A stretch of DNA of 64,000 bases. It comes from Styela clava (taxonomy: Eukaryota). Shown in pieces: positions 50,904 through 64,000 of this stretch. The position numbers were made by a program, and so were the translations under genes. Where the stretch lies: assembly GCF_964204865.1 (NCBI RefSeq), contig NC_135252.1, positions 17,484,001 through 17,548,000 of the forward strand. Direction: 5' to 3'. Each line of letters begins with the position of its first letter. The first letter of the stretch is position 1. Under the pieces are notes generated by a model. The model worked only from the letters and a program-made list of their open reading frames with translations. It had not been told where the DNA came from and did no database searches.

Positions 50904-51774
50904 TATACTTATGTTGTACATTTATTGATGTTTCATTGATTTTCCGCTAGCATGCCACGGTTGACAAACATCTTGAAAATATGAATTTCTTCCATTATCA
51001 ATCGCTAATTATTGATTTGAAGTATATATTATACTTATTGCTTTTGCCATCATTTTTATATTCTATATCATTTTTCCAATTTTTTGTTTTTCAAATTATG
51101 CATTTTATCGCTTTACATTATACTTTGCGCGCAAGTTTCGAAATAAAATAATCACATTAAAACTGTATATTTTAATCTGTGAAAATGAACTTCTAGGCAA
51201 GCATTGTCATGAATAATGCGGGAGGAAGTTTTGATTAGTCAGCTTAGCAATTGATACTCGGACAGACGGATATTACTACTGTTAGTGACCGTTGTCTGTA
51301 TGTAACAGATAATTAATTTACACAATTAGGTGTAATTTTAATCAAATCTTCGCCAATTACCTCAACAAAAATCAATACCTTCGGTTTTGATAACTGGTCT
51401 ACAAAACTAATTCTTCTCGCGGTAAATACTTGAAAACAGAAAATATATTATGTTATCTTTTGCCGGGCAACAGTCTCTGTACACATTTTATGTCATAATT
51501 GTAATGACTATTCCCGTGGCATTCACAATATGAGATCCGTTTCTTGCGCGTTTCCGTCCGATTGAAGAAATCTATAGGTATGGATAGCATGGGCCCCACT
51601 CATCCCATTTTTACCACACTTGTCAAGGGACAAGCGTGGGATAAGTGGGTCATGTTTTGGAAATTGGGTGCTAAATGGGAACAAATCGAACTCGACAATT
51701 TTGAGACTTCGGATGGTAGATATTGTTGTACGACTGCTAGAACGCCATAGTATTACCAAATGAATAATTGATTC

Positions 51775-52212
51775 AGAAGAATGCTATTTTCGTAATCGTT
51801 TAAATTCAGAAAGTTCACAAGATATCACCAGCTAATCTCAGTCAAATTTTAATTGTCTGTCCATTTCAATTTATTTTTCTATGCTATGACGCTTGTGGAA
51901 TATATGATTACCAAAGCAGTCAACAATCGCTTTACATCGCCAGCGCCATTGGAGTCTACATGCGGCCTTCGCAATATTGCGAAGGCCACATGTAGGCTCC
52001 AATGGCATTGACGCTGTCCCAAAAGGGCTGACTGCTGTAAAGCGATTGTTGACTGCTTTCGTCATCATATATTCCACATGCGACATAGCATAGAAAAATA
52101 AATTAAAGTGAACAGACAATTAAAAATTGACTGATTTTAGTCGGTGATCTGAATATCTGCAAGCTTTCGAAATAAGATCGACAGTCCCGGGCTTACAAAT
52201 GGCATTCTTTAG
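51775..52212. repeat. Long imperfect spacerless palindrome (foldback-like)
   Basis: Centre ggccttcgcaat|attgcgaaggcc at 51975/51976. Arms pair clearly for ~150 bp and more weakly to ~200 bp, with one asymmetric insertion. Confidence 0.85.
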
Positions 52213-54169
52213 TATATCATAGCTACGCGCGGTGCGTGCTATGTACTATGTGCGGTGTCACTAATTCAGGAAAAAACAGCGCTCTGTTTGCGAAAACAAA
52301 TCGCCAACACTTAAACCACAGATTGGAACATTCCAGAAACTACTGATTTATTTAGGTTGAACATCATGCGCTATTATATTTGGTCATTTTAAACACCCAA
52401 TAGACTATTGAATAGTTTTGCTAAATTGTTGTGGTTGTTGTTCTTGTTTGGGTGATCGTTGTTATTGTTATCGTGATAAAGAAGTTCAATTAATCAACAC
52501 TTAAAGATGGAAGAAGCTAGAATGCTATTGTATTTATTGATATTTGAAATTATCTCTGAAACTTATAATATTTCCCTACAAATTTGGCTATTTTATGTAT
52601 CGAGCGCACACCATCATATGACATTTGACCCAATTCTTTATACATTTCAATAGAATATAGCTGACATTGCATATTAGTCATTTGACCTTTGTGTCCGTAT
52701 ATTTGAGCATTGCTCTCTTATTTCTCTTTTATTATTACCTGGTGATAATAACCTTGATAATTTGATGATATAATTATTAATTGGTGATTACCGTTCCGAT
52801 AACTAATCGCACTCGTGGCCGAATAGCAACGATTAGCAAGAAAGCATAAAGTTACTAATATTTTCCAGTTATTCAACTACTTGAATTTTAAGTTTTCATG
52901 CTGTTTTCCATCCCACAAACAGGTTCAATATAAAGTAAATTCACAATATAAATCTGAGTAAAATAGAAATAAACCGGACAATTGTATAAATCGCTCAATT
53001 TCACTTCAACTTTGACATAAATTTCCGTCTTCAAGAAAATTGCTTATTATAAAAGTATCAGGAAAACAAAAACATAACGGTTAGGCTGTGGTCGTCTTCA
53101 AAAACAGTTTGAATTGAAATTATTGAATTACAAAAATGCACAAAATATTCGGTATTATTATCGGCTGATCTAAACAATTCGCAATGTAGTTCAAATTTGA
53201 AACACTTGTTCAATTTCCTAAATTTTGCCAAATTATAGGATCAAAATCTTCATTTTAATTTAAAAGAATAATTAAATATCAATCTTTCGATCTGCAAAAT
53301 TCAACATTATATATATGATTAGGTTCTTTAATCATGGCGAAGGATATTAAGTTGTTTGATCTTTCCAATAATGTAATTAATATATATCCCGCACTCTCGC
53401 CAAATTTACATCATTTAGCGATAAATGGTCAATGTATTATACTACATATTATGTTTTATAATAGAGTTTATTGTCTTTCAGAAAGCCGGAGGAGTCATAA
53501 TTTGACCTAACTTTATTTCCTAGCGAGTTTTAAAAGGAAATGGGATAATGAAATATTGATTAATTTACAATGTTTAAACTTTAAACACTGCTGCAACTGA
53601 TAATCGATGCACATAAGCGCCGTATATTAGCAACAATGAAATCTTCAAATTTTGTAAACATAAATTTTCCAATCACGGCTAAAATAATCACTTATTCCCT
53701 AATTCATATCACAGCATGGAAAATATCTCTGCGTTTCAGGAAGAAGAAAATGAGTGAACTCGTTTGAAACACTCGCAAATAGTTTGACAATGATGAAATT
53801 TAAATAAAAGTCAGTTTTACATTAAAATGTTTCTGATGATAAATCACGACTTTGTAAATTCCTTACTCGGCCGTTTATTTTGTAGAATTTAATTGTACAA
53901 TAACAATGTATCACTGAAACTTGCAAAATGCAAGAAAATAATCTACATTAATATCGAAACCGAAGCAATCAAACTGTGAAATTTATTGACTATTGAGATT
54001 CTCAAAATTTTTATTGTAACATATCATACAAAGATATTTTTGTCACAGACGGATCTTGAATTTAAGAAAACATTATTTTTTTTCAATATGCTTTTGCAAT
54101 GCATCAGATTTACTCAATTCATATCTAAACTCATGTGGATATTCACTCGACCCTAAATGGTTTATAGAA

Positions 54170-54300
54170 GCGCGAACACATGGAGCTCGTTGCTCGATCG
54201 CACTATAGATCGAAATTGCGAACACTTACCATATATGGTAACGCGTAATCGTTCAATATGAATGGCGACAACTGCTTTCGCACTTAGCTCCCCTATATAA
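54170..54300 (+). promoter_or_regulatory. Muscle actin proximal promoter
   Basis: CArG box CCATATATGG 54229-54238, E-boxes CACATG (~54177) and CAACTG 54269-54274, TCGCACT motifs (~54198, 54278), TATATAA 54294-54300. Confidence 0.75.
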
Positions 54301-54321
54301 CCGCACATTGACAAACAATAA

Positions 54322-55718
<1,397 letters not shown>

Positions 55719-55843
55719 ATATGCTTGCTCAACACATAAAATTCTCACAATATGGATTAAGTTAAATTCGTATTAATAGTTACTAGTAAAACATTTTAAA
55801 ATATTTCATTCATTGGTCATTTGGCGAAAACTTTTTGATATAT

Positions 55844-55849
55844 AATAAA
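55844..55849 (+). terminator. Actin polyadenylation signal
   Basis: AATAAA ~125 bp after the stop codon. Confidence 0.6.
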
Positions 55850-56125
55850 TGCAGTGTGAAAAAAAATGGAATGAAAGTTTAATGGATATTTTGAGAAGTG
55901 TGGTATAGCCAGTAATGAGATTCGAAATTATAAGAACAGGTTTTGTTTTGTATCGAAATCACTAACAGCAGGGTAAGCTGCATTAACATGACACACTTTC
56001 TATATCTATCACGTAACTTTCGAAGCCACAAATGTAACGATAGTCGTTAGCTGCAATGCAAGTTTTCCATTTTTTCTAAAACAAAAAATAGGAAGGGTTC
56101 GATTTGTATTACTATTCGGTATAAT

Positions 56126-57952
56126 CCAAAATGACTATAAACCAAGTGGAGACACCGAGTGCAATGGTGCATATCGGACGCCATTTTGTGTCCAAAAAAT
56201 AAGGTGAACACGACATCGTCGGTTTGTTTCAGATTCGCCAGAAGGTCTCGTTCGTCAATTTGTTTGAAGATTTTTTACTGTTTTGCATTTTATTGGGGTA
56301 ATTTCATCATTTGTCTTTTGCTATTTGCCTCGTGGAATCATACTGGTATCGTGCGGTTTCGTGAAAGTTGCGATAGTTATCTTATCATCCCGTGTGAGTT
56401 ATGCAACTTTGAAACCTCATATCTAGGAGACTAGGAAGACATAATCTAGGAGACTAATTATACTTATGAGATGGAGGTGAAATGTTGCGATTATGTTGCG
56501 AGGTTAAAGATAGCTTTCGACATTAGATAGAATTTATCGTGCATCAGTAAAATTGTATAAGCTGTTTCATTCAATGTTCTCCAATTCTTGACATGTCCAC
56601 TGCGCAAACTTGAGTAAAACAACAACGTTACCTAATTACTTCGTTACGCAATTACGTCGCAACGTAGCAACGTTCTGTATGACAAAAACATATCGCTTTC
56701 CTTCGCAAGTGCGAAACGTCATTAACATAATGCATACGTTTAAATAAGGTACTATTTGAACTGGTATTATGATACCTGGCTGTTGCAACAGTTGCTCCAA
56801 AAATTATAGAATGTAAACGACTCATGGCTAGCACAGTGTGCGGCCTAATGAATTTCATCGAAGCATGTACATTATAAGGTACAAAATTTAAAAACCAGCC
56901 GCCGCGACTGGTGCTGCATCTCTTATCAACTTATTATTGGCAGGATATTTCGATTCTTTTGCGTCGAAAAATGTAAAATCATATAAATATTTGAAAATTA
57001 ATGGTTTTACCCAATATTTGGGCCACCCATCCAAAAAAGTAATCGTATTTTTGCGCAGAGTATAAACTATATTTCGCGCAAATATTAATACCTTTCTTAA
57101 TATATGTTCGCCTGTTACTTTTCTGACAGATAAAGTTGCTTGAAATATAATTTCCAATCTTGCCACAATATCGCTTTTAAAATTTTGAAACGTTTTCTCA
57201 ATTTAAGGTTGAATATTCACGCAAAAGTGGAGGCAAATAAAATTATTGAAAACGGTATGCTAGACCTGCGGCAAGAGATCAAGTCAAATAAATAATATAT
57301 TATTTTATACACTCCAGATTATTATATGTTCTTGTAAACGTGATATACGCCGTTGTCTTTCATTCCATTCATGTAGTATATTTTTTGGATATTATTTTGG
57401 CAATGTAGGCTACACCTCGTTGAAAATTTGCGATACGCATATTTTAATATCATGACATGTACCGCAAAAATAGTGCAAGTTTCTGTAGTATAAGTTGTAT
57501 CGTAAATATATACTACTACGGTTGTATTGTAGTTCTGTCAGTTTGTTAAAATAGGTTCTGTGCAAGTAGCCATAATAACACCAGGAATTTTATTATAACT
57601 TGAGAAAATGTGTATCTTTTTGTTTAATATTTTGGTCTTATCGGGTTGTTGATTTATCGAGGGAAGTTGGAAGACTTTAACCTTAACTTCGTATATGCTG
57701 ACCATACCGCTGAGCCGAATTATCTGAGAACATCTGCGGATAAATAAATTTTCAGAAGAATGTTCATTCGTTTTGCCGCTGCGAAAGTTTGGTCCAAATT
57801 ATTGAGCATCGTTTTTTTTAATCAGCTGTTTAAATCACTTAGTTAGGATCATACAGCGATAGAACTCTGGACACAAAATGGGTGGTGTGACGTCACACGA
57901 GCGCTTATAACGTTACCAATGGTTGTCCTCACTTGGTTTATAGACACTTTGG
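56126..57952. mobile_element. Decayed ~1.8-kb TIR element (non-autonomous DNA transposon, superfamily unclear)
   Basis: ccaaaatgactataaaccaagtg pairs with cacttggtttatagacactttgg, and a second inner pair ccattttgtgtcca (~56181) / tggacacaaaatgg (~57868). No transposase recognisable. Confidence 0.65.
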
Positions 57953-60453
57953 TATAATCTAGCTGGGCTATTGAGAATCAGATGATATTACAAGCCTTCG
58001 ATTTGAACGTAGTTTTAAAGTCAAGAAAAGTTTCGTCTAAGCAAAAATTTCATATTTCAATATATAGAAATTTTTCATCCATTATTGTTACTGAATTCAT
58101 GTGCACTGAACTGGTTGATATGTTTAGATATATTAAAATATTTTATTACAACGAATACAGAGCGTGAATGCAATTTTTATTATCAACGGCCTAGCGAAGG
58201 TTCTTAACCTTTCGCACATTTTATTCGCTATCAAAGAAAAATTGACAAATGTTCCACTATTAAAAAGTGTGCAAGATTTACAAAGGCTGACGACGTGTCA
58301 AAATCAAGAATTCTCTTTCATTGGTCAGTAGCAGATTCTCAAATTTATAATGTAATAGCATTTACTCATTTACTTTGTGTAACTGCTCTGCACGAACAGT
58401 CAGGGTTAGGTAAGGGGCTACTATAGTTTCGGATAACTGTTATATTTCCAGTTTGCCAATGTCTTCCCCATTCATTACATCATGAGAATTTAACGTGCAA
58501 TGCTGTGGACCGAAAAACGTAGCCGTAAGACTAAATAGTTAAAACGTGCTCACTCTCACATTTTAATCCAATTTTCAATTTTTATGAAAATTCGTATATT
58601 TCAGTTCGTAAAATCACAGATAATTAGACCTAATTTGAACCTAATGAAACTTCCAAATTACTAACCAGTAAAGAATTGCAAACAATTATTGACATACTTT
58701 TAATGTAACAGTCGTTCTTTGTGACCTGGACGACACCGACTGCACACTAGATATTTATTAACAGTTCAATAACGCGGTCTTTCAAGCCCCAAGTTTGTAT
58801 CCTCAATCCAGAAAAACACACAACTCGAAGTATACAGTTGACACGGTTATCTTAATACAAACGTAAAAACAAATCAATACAAAATACTTGCAATAAATAA
58901 TTAATCATACACAATTCGGCCTTTAGAAAGCCTACTCAAATTTATGAACATAATTATCAAACATAGTTAATTATTAAGTCGAACCAAATTACTATTGAAT
59001 AACTTGCAGTCTTCAAATCAGAAAGAGTTACAAATTATAACATACCGAATTTGTCTGCTATTCCAGGCTTAAATTATCATAAGTTGAACATGAAATCATT
59101 CGTCAATGAAATCCGAACAAATCAATCAAATAAACTATAACTGTAAAATCAATCACAAAAGGCCATTTAATGCTCATAAAATATCCCTAAGATAGGCCTA
59201 TGTGGGCAGCCATAATCTACAATATTTAATCGTCCTACAGTCAAAACAGAAGCCAAGGTCGCTGAACAAGTTTAACTTATTTACAAATTACAACGAAACG
59301 AGCGCCATTCTCTGCAAAAGTAAAGCGCTATCTAAAGCAAATTACCGAAACTATCCATGTCTAAGCGAGACATGTCTGGGCAAGCAATTGCCACGAAGAC
59401 TCTCTCAATTGTTTCGTAACAAAGTGTGTAGAAGCACACTGTCAATCAAGGGAAATTACGGCGTCAACAATAACAAATAAATTACTACACAAGTTAAACA
59501 GACGCAATGTTTAAGTCAATACAAAAATCAAGTGAATGCGATTCTCAATGTAACAGATACCTAACAGTGACATCAAGTATCCATCTAATTAAAACTTGCA
59601 CCTCCGGTATATCGTTATAAGGAAAACAATAAAAACAGGGATGAAGTCATTCCATGCCAATCTGGCGGGTATGCAAGTAAGACACATATAAGAAACAATT
59701 GAAAAAAGGGTATCAACAACACAGTGACAAGAATGGTCTAACTCTAGGGCAATACCACGCGGTAAATAAAGAAACGGGGAACGACGAGGAAACGAAACAC
59801 TGTCTTCGTAATCATCATAGAATAAGAATATGTTTACAATGTTCGAAATAATGGTATTGGCGCTGTACATTTTGTAGTAAATGAGCATGTGGTCTCAATA
59901 AGAAACTATCTTTAAACGGATAAAAGGGTTATATGTCTAAACTACAACGCGAGATTGCGTAGCGAAGAAAACAAATAAACATGTAAACATTCGGAGACAA
60001 AGTAAAGTTAAACAGCGACATCATGCGACGCGAGTAAAGCAGTAAGGATGATGCCACGAATATCACCTTACTGATGGCTAAAAAGATTAGGCGAATGATC
60101 GGTAATCAATATGATATAACCACCAAAGAGCACTATTTTAATAAATCATTGAACGCATGTCATGTTTAGTGGTTATTGCAGAAAATTAATCTATTGGTTT
60201 ACTTAATCGAACTAATTTCCTTCCTTATCATCTATCAATCGGTTCGCAAGATTATGATTCATCAGTGAGGGGGCGAGGAAGCATTTTGCACAAAATGAAA
60301 TTTGTAGGTTTTGATCATATTAGGCAATATCATGCATATGTAATTACAAACACGGCCTACACAGTATCGATTGGAGCGTGATGCAATATATCGTGTTGTT
60401 CGATTTGGAACATCAACTTCGCCTTCACTTTCCTTAATTGTGACATCAAAAAT

Positions 60454-60860
60454 AACAAGAGAGCAACGCTCAAATATATGGACACGTGGACTAGAGCGAA
60501 GCAGGGTTTACTTTTGACGTTACCGGTACCGTACCCTCAAAAAGTTCCGGGTTTTCAGTCGCAAGAATTTTCACAGTCAGCCGTCACGCTTGGCGGATTA
60601 AAAACCGTGTTCCCATAATTAAAAATGAATACAGCGCAATTTTGGATGAAATATTAGATCTCATAAGATTCATAGAAAATTCAGGAATAAATGAAAGTAA
60701 TAGCCTTCTGGCAAAAAAATCAATCTTGAACCACTGAAAATTCCAAAGCAATTGGTCCAGTATTTGAAGAGAAAAGCGATTTTTTAATGATAATGACGAA
60801 AGAAAATAACAATAACAACAAAATTTTGAAACGATCGTTATGGCCACTAAACGTGTCCAA
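60454..60860. mobile_element. Dispersed non-autonomous repeat, family B (probably Helentron-type)
   Basis: aacaagagagcaacgctcaaatatatggacacg...ccactgaaaattccaaagcaattggtccagta...(AAC)-rich...cgtgtccaa. Related pieces at 52691-52722, ~60884-61170 and inverted at 62768-62960. Confidence 0.65.
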
Positions 60861-61955
60861 TAATGCCAGATGCGATAATAATCACAAGAACAATAGAGCA
60901 ATGCTCAAATTTATGGACACGAAGACTCACAAAAGAAACGAATCACATAGACGCCATTTTTAAAACAAATGAATGTAATAGCTTTCTAGCGACAAATACA
61001 ATATTCAACCACAGAACATTTTAAATCTGTTTGTCCAGTGTATAGAGAGTAAAGCGATTTTTTCTCAACAAAAAATGAGAATTTTAATAACAAGGATACC
61101 ATAACAACCACAATAATAACAGCTTCCCATATTGAGCGTGTATTGGCCGAAATGTACGTGGACCGAAAAATCTGTGAGCCCGGCGATATTTACTGGTGAA
61201 TATAAATTAGGATGATGTTATTGAAGCATGAAGTTCACGAAAACTTTCCAGACTGTCCATTTTAGGCTGACGGCTTTGGTAGGGAAAATCAAAACGAATG
61301 ATTCCATATTGCATTAATTATGGGCATTTAGTTTTAAGAGTTTATTTTCGACGGTCAAATAACGCAAATATACTTATATATATATAAAATAAACTTCTAA
61401 AATTCTCTGGTTTACAAAATTAATAAAAAACCTATAAATCTTTGAAGATTTCATTGAATTTTGAATATATATTTCAACCGAAATGTTAAATAAACAATGC
61501 GAGAAATATGAAATCAAGATAACAAGATGAACGCTAACAAATCTACAAATTGTTGCAATTTTACAAGAGAATGTCATATGTACAAATGATATCTGTGGCT
61601 TAGATATGCTGTTTGCTGTAGACGCCAAAGAGCGGAAGCTTGTTCGATTTAGCCACTGGCACGGTTACTGACGTATACATCACGAAGTGAAGCGTCGTTT
61701 TCGCGTCTTGTCAGCTTGGATTTCCTGCAGATGACAAATTGTTATCGCGAAAGAGCAGTTAGAAAATGTTGACAGACGTGACTTGATCTAGGTATAGAGG
61801 TAATTTTTCATTTTGAAATTTAAAAAAAAGTTTACTATAATTACCTAGCCCTGCGAATGATATTTATTAAATAACGAAAAGTACAAAGATGAGGATGGTA
61901 TGTTGAAGCTTGTAAAATAGCATACAGTCAGTTTTTGCAGATTGAAAATAGGATC

Positions 61956-62065
61956 GGTACTCCCGAAGTATGCGCACCAAGATGTCGCACAACCTGAACC
62001 CCAACTTTGTACACAACCTGGGTTCAGGTTGTGCGCCATCTTGGCGCGCATACTTCAGGAGGTCC
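61956..62065. mobile_element. Palindromic MITE, short form
   Basis: Perfect TSD ataggatc; TIRs GGTACTCCCGAAG / CTTCAGGAGGTCC. Confidence 0.92.
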
Positions 62066-62402
62066 ATAGGATCTAGTATTATTGAACTCACAGGTTTTTT
62101 CATGAGGTATAAAAGAGCAAAGAAGTTTCAGTTGCTACCATAATTTGAAAACTCAAAATTATATTATTGGATCTACAGCCGTTATATATATCGGGTTTAG
62201 TACGAGCGTAAGAGCGTTCTTTGGCTTAATTAAGACAGCTTACTCACAAATATTATTTTGTCTAATAATTCTATTTTCGTGCAATAATTTTCAACGAATT
62301 CATTAGTATATTCATTGCTGCATTGGTGCAAGAAATGTACAAAATTTGCTGTTACTTTCCATGTTTTAGTGCAGTAAGTTTAGTGCATCGACTAACGTAA
62401 CA

Positions 62403-63241
62403 ATGAACTATTCGCCAAACAAAAGACCTAGGATGGGGCCACAATCTGCCAGATATCAAATAATCGTAACGGTGAGAAACATATTTTGCATTGTAATTTA
62501 TTACCTCAGTATCCCTTAGTCACCCTTAGATTTTTACGATGATTTAAAATAATAAATCTGCCATTAAAATGGGTATTTAAATTCAACTAGTATATATGAG
62601 TTGGAATTTATTAGTATATATATTTGAGTGGCTACTTGAGGATTGTCAATGGTGGGTAATATACATAACTAAAATACAAGCAAGACTGATGGCAGTAGCA
62701 AGACTTCAAAAGATTGGGTTTATCCAACTCTTATAACCTGGCGATGCTTATATAGGATTTGTATTTGTTGGACACGAAATGGAGCTATGGATCGTTTTGT
62801 TGTTAAATTGTTGTTGTTAGTATTCTTGTTGCTGCTGTTTTTTTTCTTGACTACTGGACCAATTGCTTTGAAATTTTCAGTGGATAAAGATTTTTCCCTA
62901 GAAGGCTATTACTTTCTTTTATTTCAAATATATCTGCGGGCGCTATGGGATTCATTGCCCACTTTTTCTTTTTATCAATTCAAATGTAAAATGCTATATA
63001 TTTTAAAATAAATCACTTTGAAAGTACAAAATCCTGTTTTTTGAATTCTAGACATCAAAGGCGTATGTTGGGGCAGAAGGAACTACCAATACCGTTTCAG
63101 TGGTTTTAACTGGAGAGAGTGGAAGAAGAACGGAGGAAAAAATATTGAGGGAAGATGGAGATTTGTCATTCAGACGTGGAGAAACCGATGTTTTTGAAAT
63201 AAACGCGATGGATGTTGGACTTCCAATTATTGTTAAACTGC
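62403..63241 (+). CDS. 5' part of a gene with an N-terminal PLAT/LH2 domain (lipoxygenase-like or LOXHD-type); continues beyond the window
   Basis: Exons 62403-62471 (MNYSPNKRPRMGPQSARYQIIVT, donor GTGAGA) and 63052-63241 (TSKAYVGAEGTTNTVSVVLTGESG...FRRGETDVFEINAMDVGLPIIVKL, donor GTGAGT) join in phase and match the PLAT consensus. Confidence 0.8.
62768..62960. mobile_element. Family B repeat copy, inverted relative to 60454-60860
   Basis: ttggacacg...(TTG)n...tactggaccaattgctttgaaattttcagtgg. Confidence 0.65.
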
Positions 63242-63291
63242 GTGAGTGCGATTCTGCTTATACTTGCATTTGTTATTATATGCAGTAAGAT

Positions 63292-63509
63292 GGTACTTCC
63301 GAAGTATGTGAACCAAGATGGCGGACACCGAAACGTAGTATGTGTACCAGGTCAAGGTTAAGCCATAATTTTATTCCAATTTTCCTTATTTTAGTTCTAT
63401 TACGAGTTCAGGAACTAGCCAAGTGACTCCCGGGGTATTTATACCTGAAATTATGGCCTAATCCCTGCCTGGTACACATACCACATTCCGGTGTCCGCCA
63501 TCTTGGTTT
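63292..63509. mobile_element. Palindromic MITE, long form, right TIR truncated
   Basis: GGTACTTCCGAAGTATGTGAACCAAGATGGCGGACACCG...CGGTGTCCGCCATCTTGGTT; collinear with 6684-6910. Confidence 0.85.
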
Positions 63510-64000
63510 AAGGTTGCATAAGAGAGGATTACATATCGAAATCCGTATTATTCTAAAAATATATATTTGTGCAAACGTTCTGATATTTACTCTGAGTGTT
63601 TTGAGAAAAGAAGCGATTGCAATGCATTTGTCGGCTAAAGCGAAGAGATTTTTGTTGTGATTTAAGCTATATTTTTTATATATATTGCCGGAATTTGACT
63701 ATAAAATATTGAAAATGATCCGGGGTTGAAAAGTCAGAGTTCAGGGTAGATACGGGCACATCATTTAATCTGGGATGTACCAATTTGAATATATTAAACA
63801 ACAAAGGAAATTATTCGATACTTCCGATAATAATGAGTTTTCCTGACATTCTGACGACTTGGTAACTGTGGTCCCGTGGCTAGTCTCAGGTAGAAGGTAT
63901 AGGTATGGTATTATGAAGCTAAATCGTGCTTTCCGGTCAAAATTCTATGGCACGACATGATTGTTCACAGAGTATATGCATGATTTGAATATTTATTCCG

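Noticed and set aside
58704-59946. Possible LTR or solo-LTR remnant (TGTAAC...CTACA)
   Set aside because: No TSD, direct-repeat partner or coding relic; boundaries cannot be supported.

Overview
AT-rich eukaryotic genomic DNA with GT-AG introns. It is most likely ascidian (tunicate), because the actin has the ascidian larval-muscle N-terminus [23 protein letters not shown]; from memory it resembles Styela muscle actin. Three complete host genes were reconstructed by hand from splice phases: a 6-exon aspartyl aminopeptidase (DNPEP, minus strand, 5266-9744), a 10-coding-exon PX-SH3-SH3 protein of the p47phox/NOXO1/Tks family (44264-50903, 705 aa) and a 3-exon muscle actin with a compact CArG/E-box/TATA promoter (54379-55718). 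A fourth gene with an N-terminal PLAT/LH2 domain starts at 62403 and runs off the window. Mobile DNA includes a full-length young BEL/Pao LTR retrotransposon (11078-19174; TG...TA ends, 5-bp TSD, four frame disruptions) nested in a LINE 3' tail. There is also a 5'-truncated CR1-group LINE, a tRNA-type SINE, a palindromic Merlin-like MITE family with 8-bp TSDs, several hAT derivatives, Helentron-type (DINE-1-like) elements, a ~1.1-kb inverted duplication and a spacerless palindrome. No rRNA, tRNA gene or CRISPR array was seen. The best candidates for something undescribed are the atypical PX-SH3-SH3 protein and the non-canonical BEL element. All alignments were done by eye.
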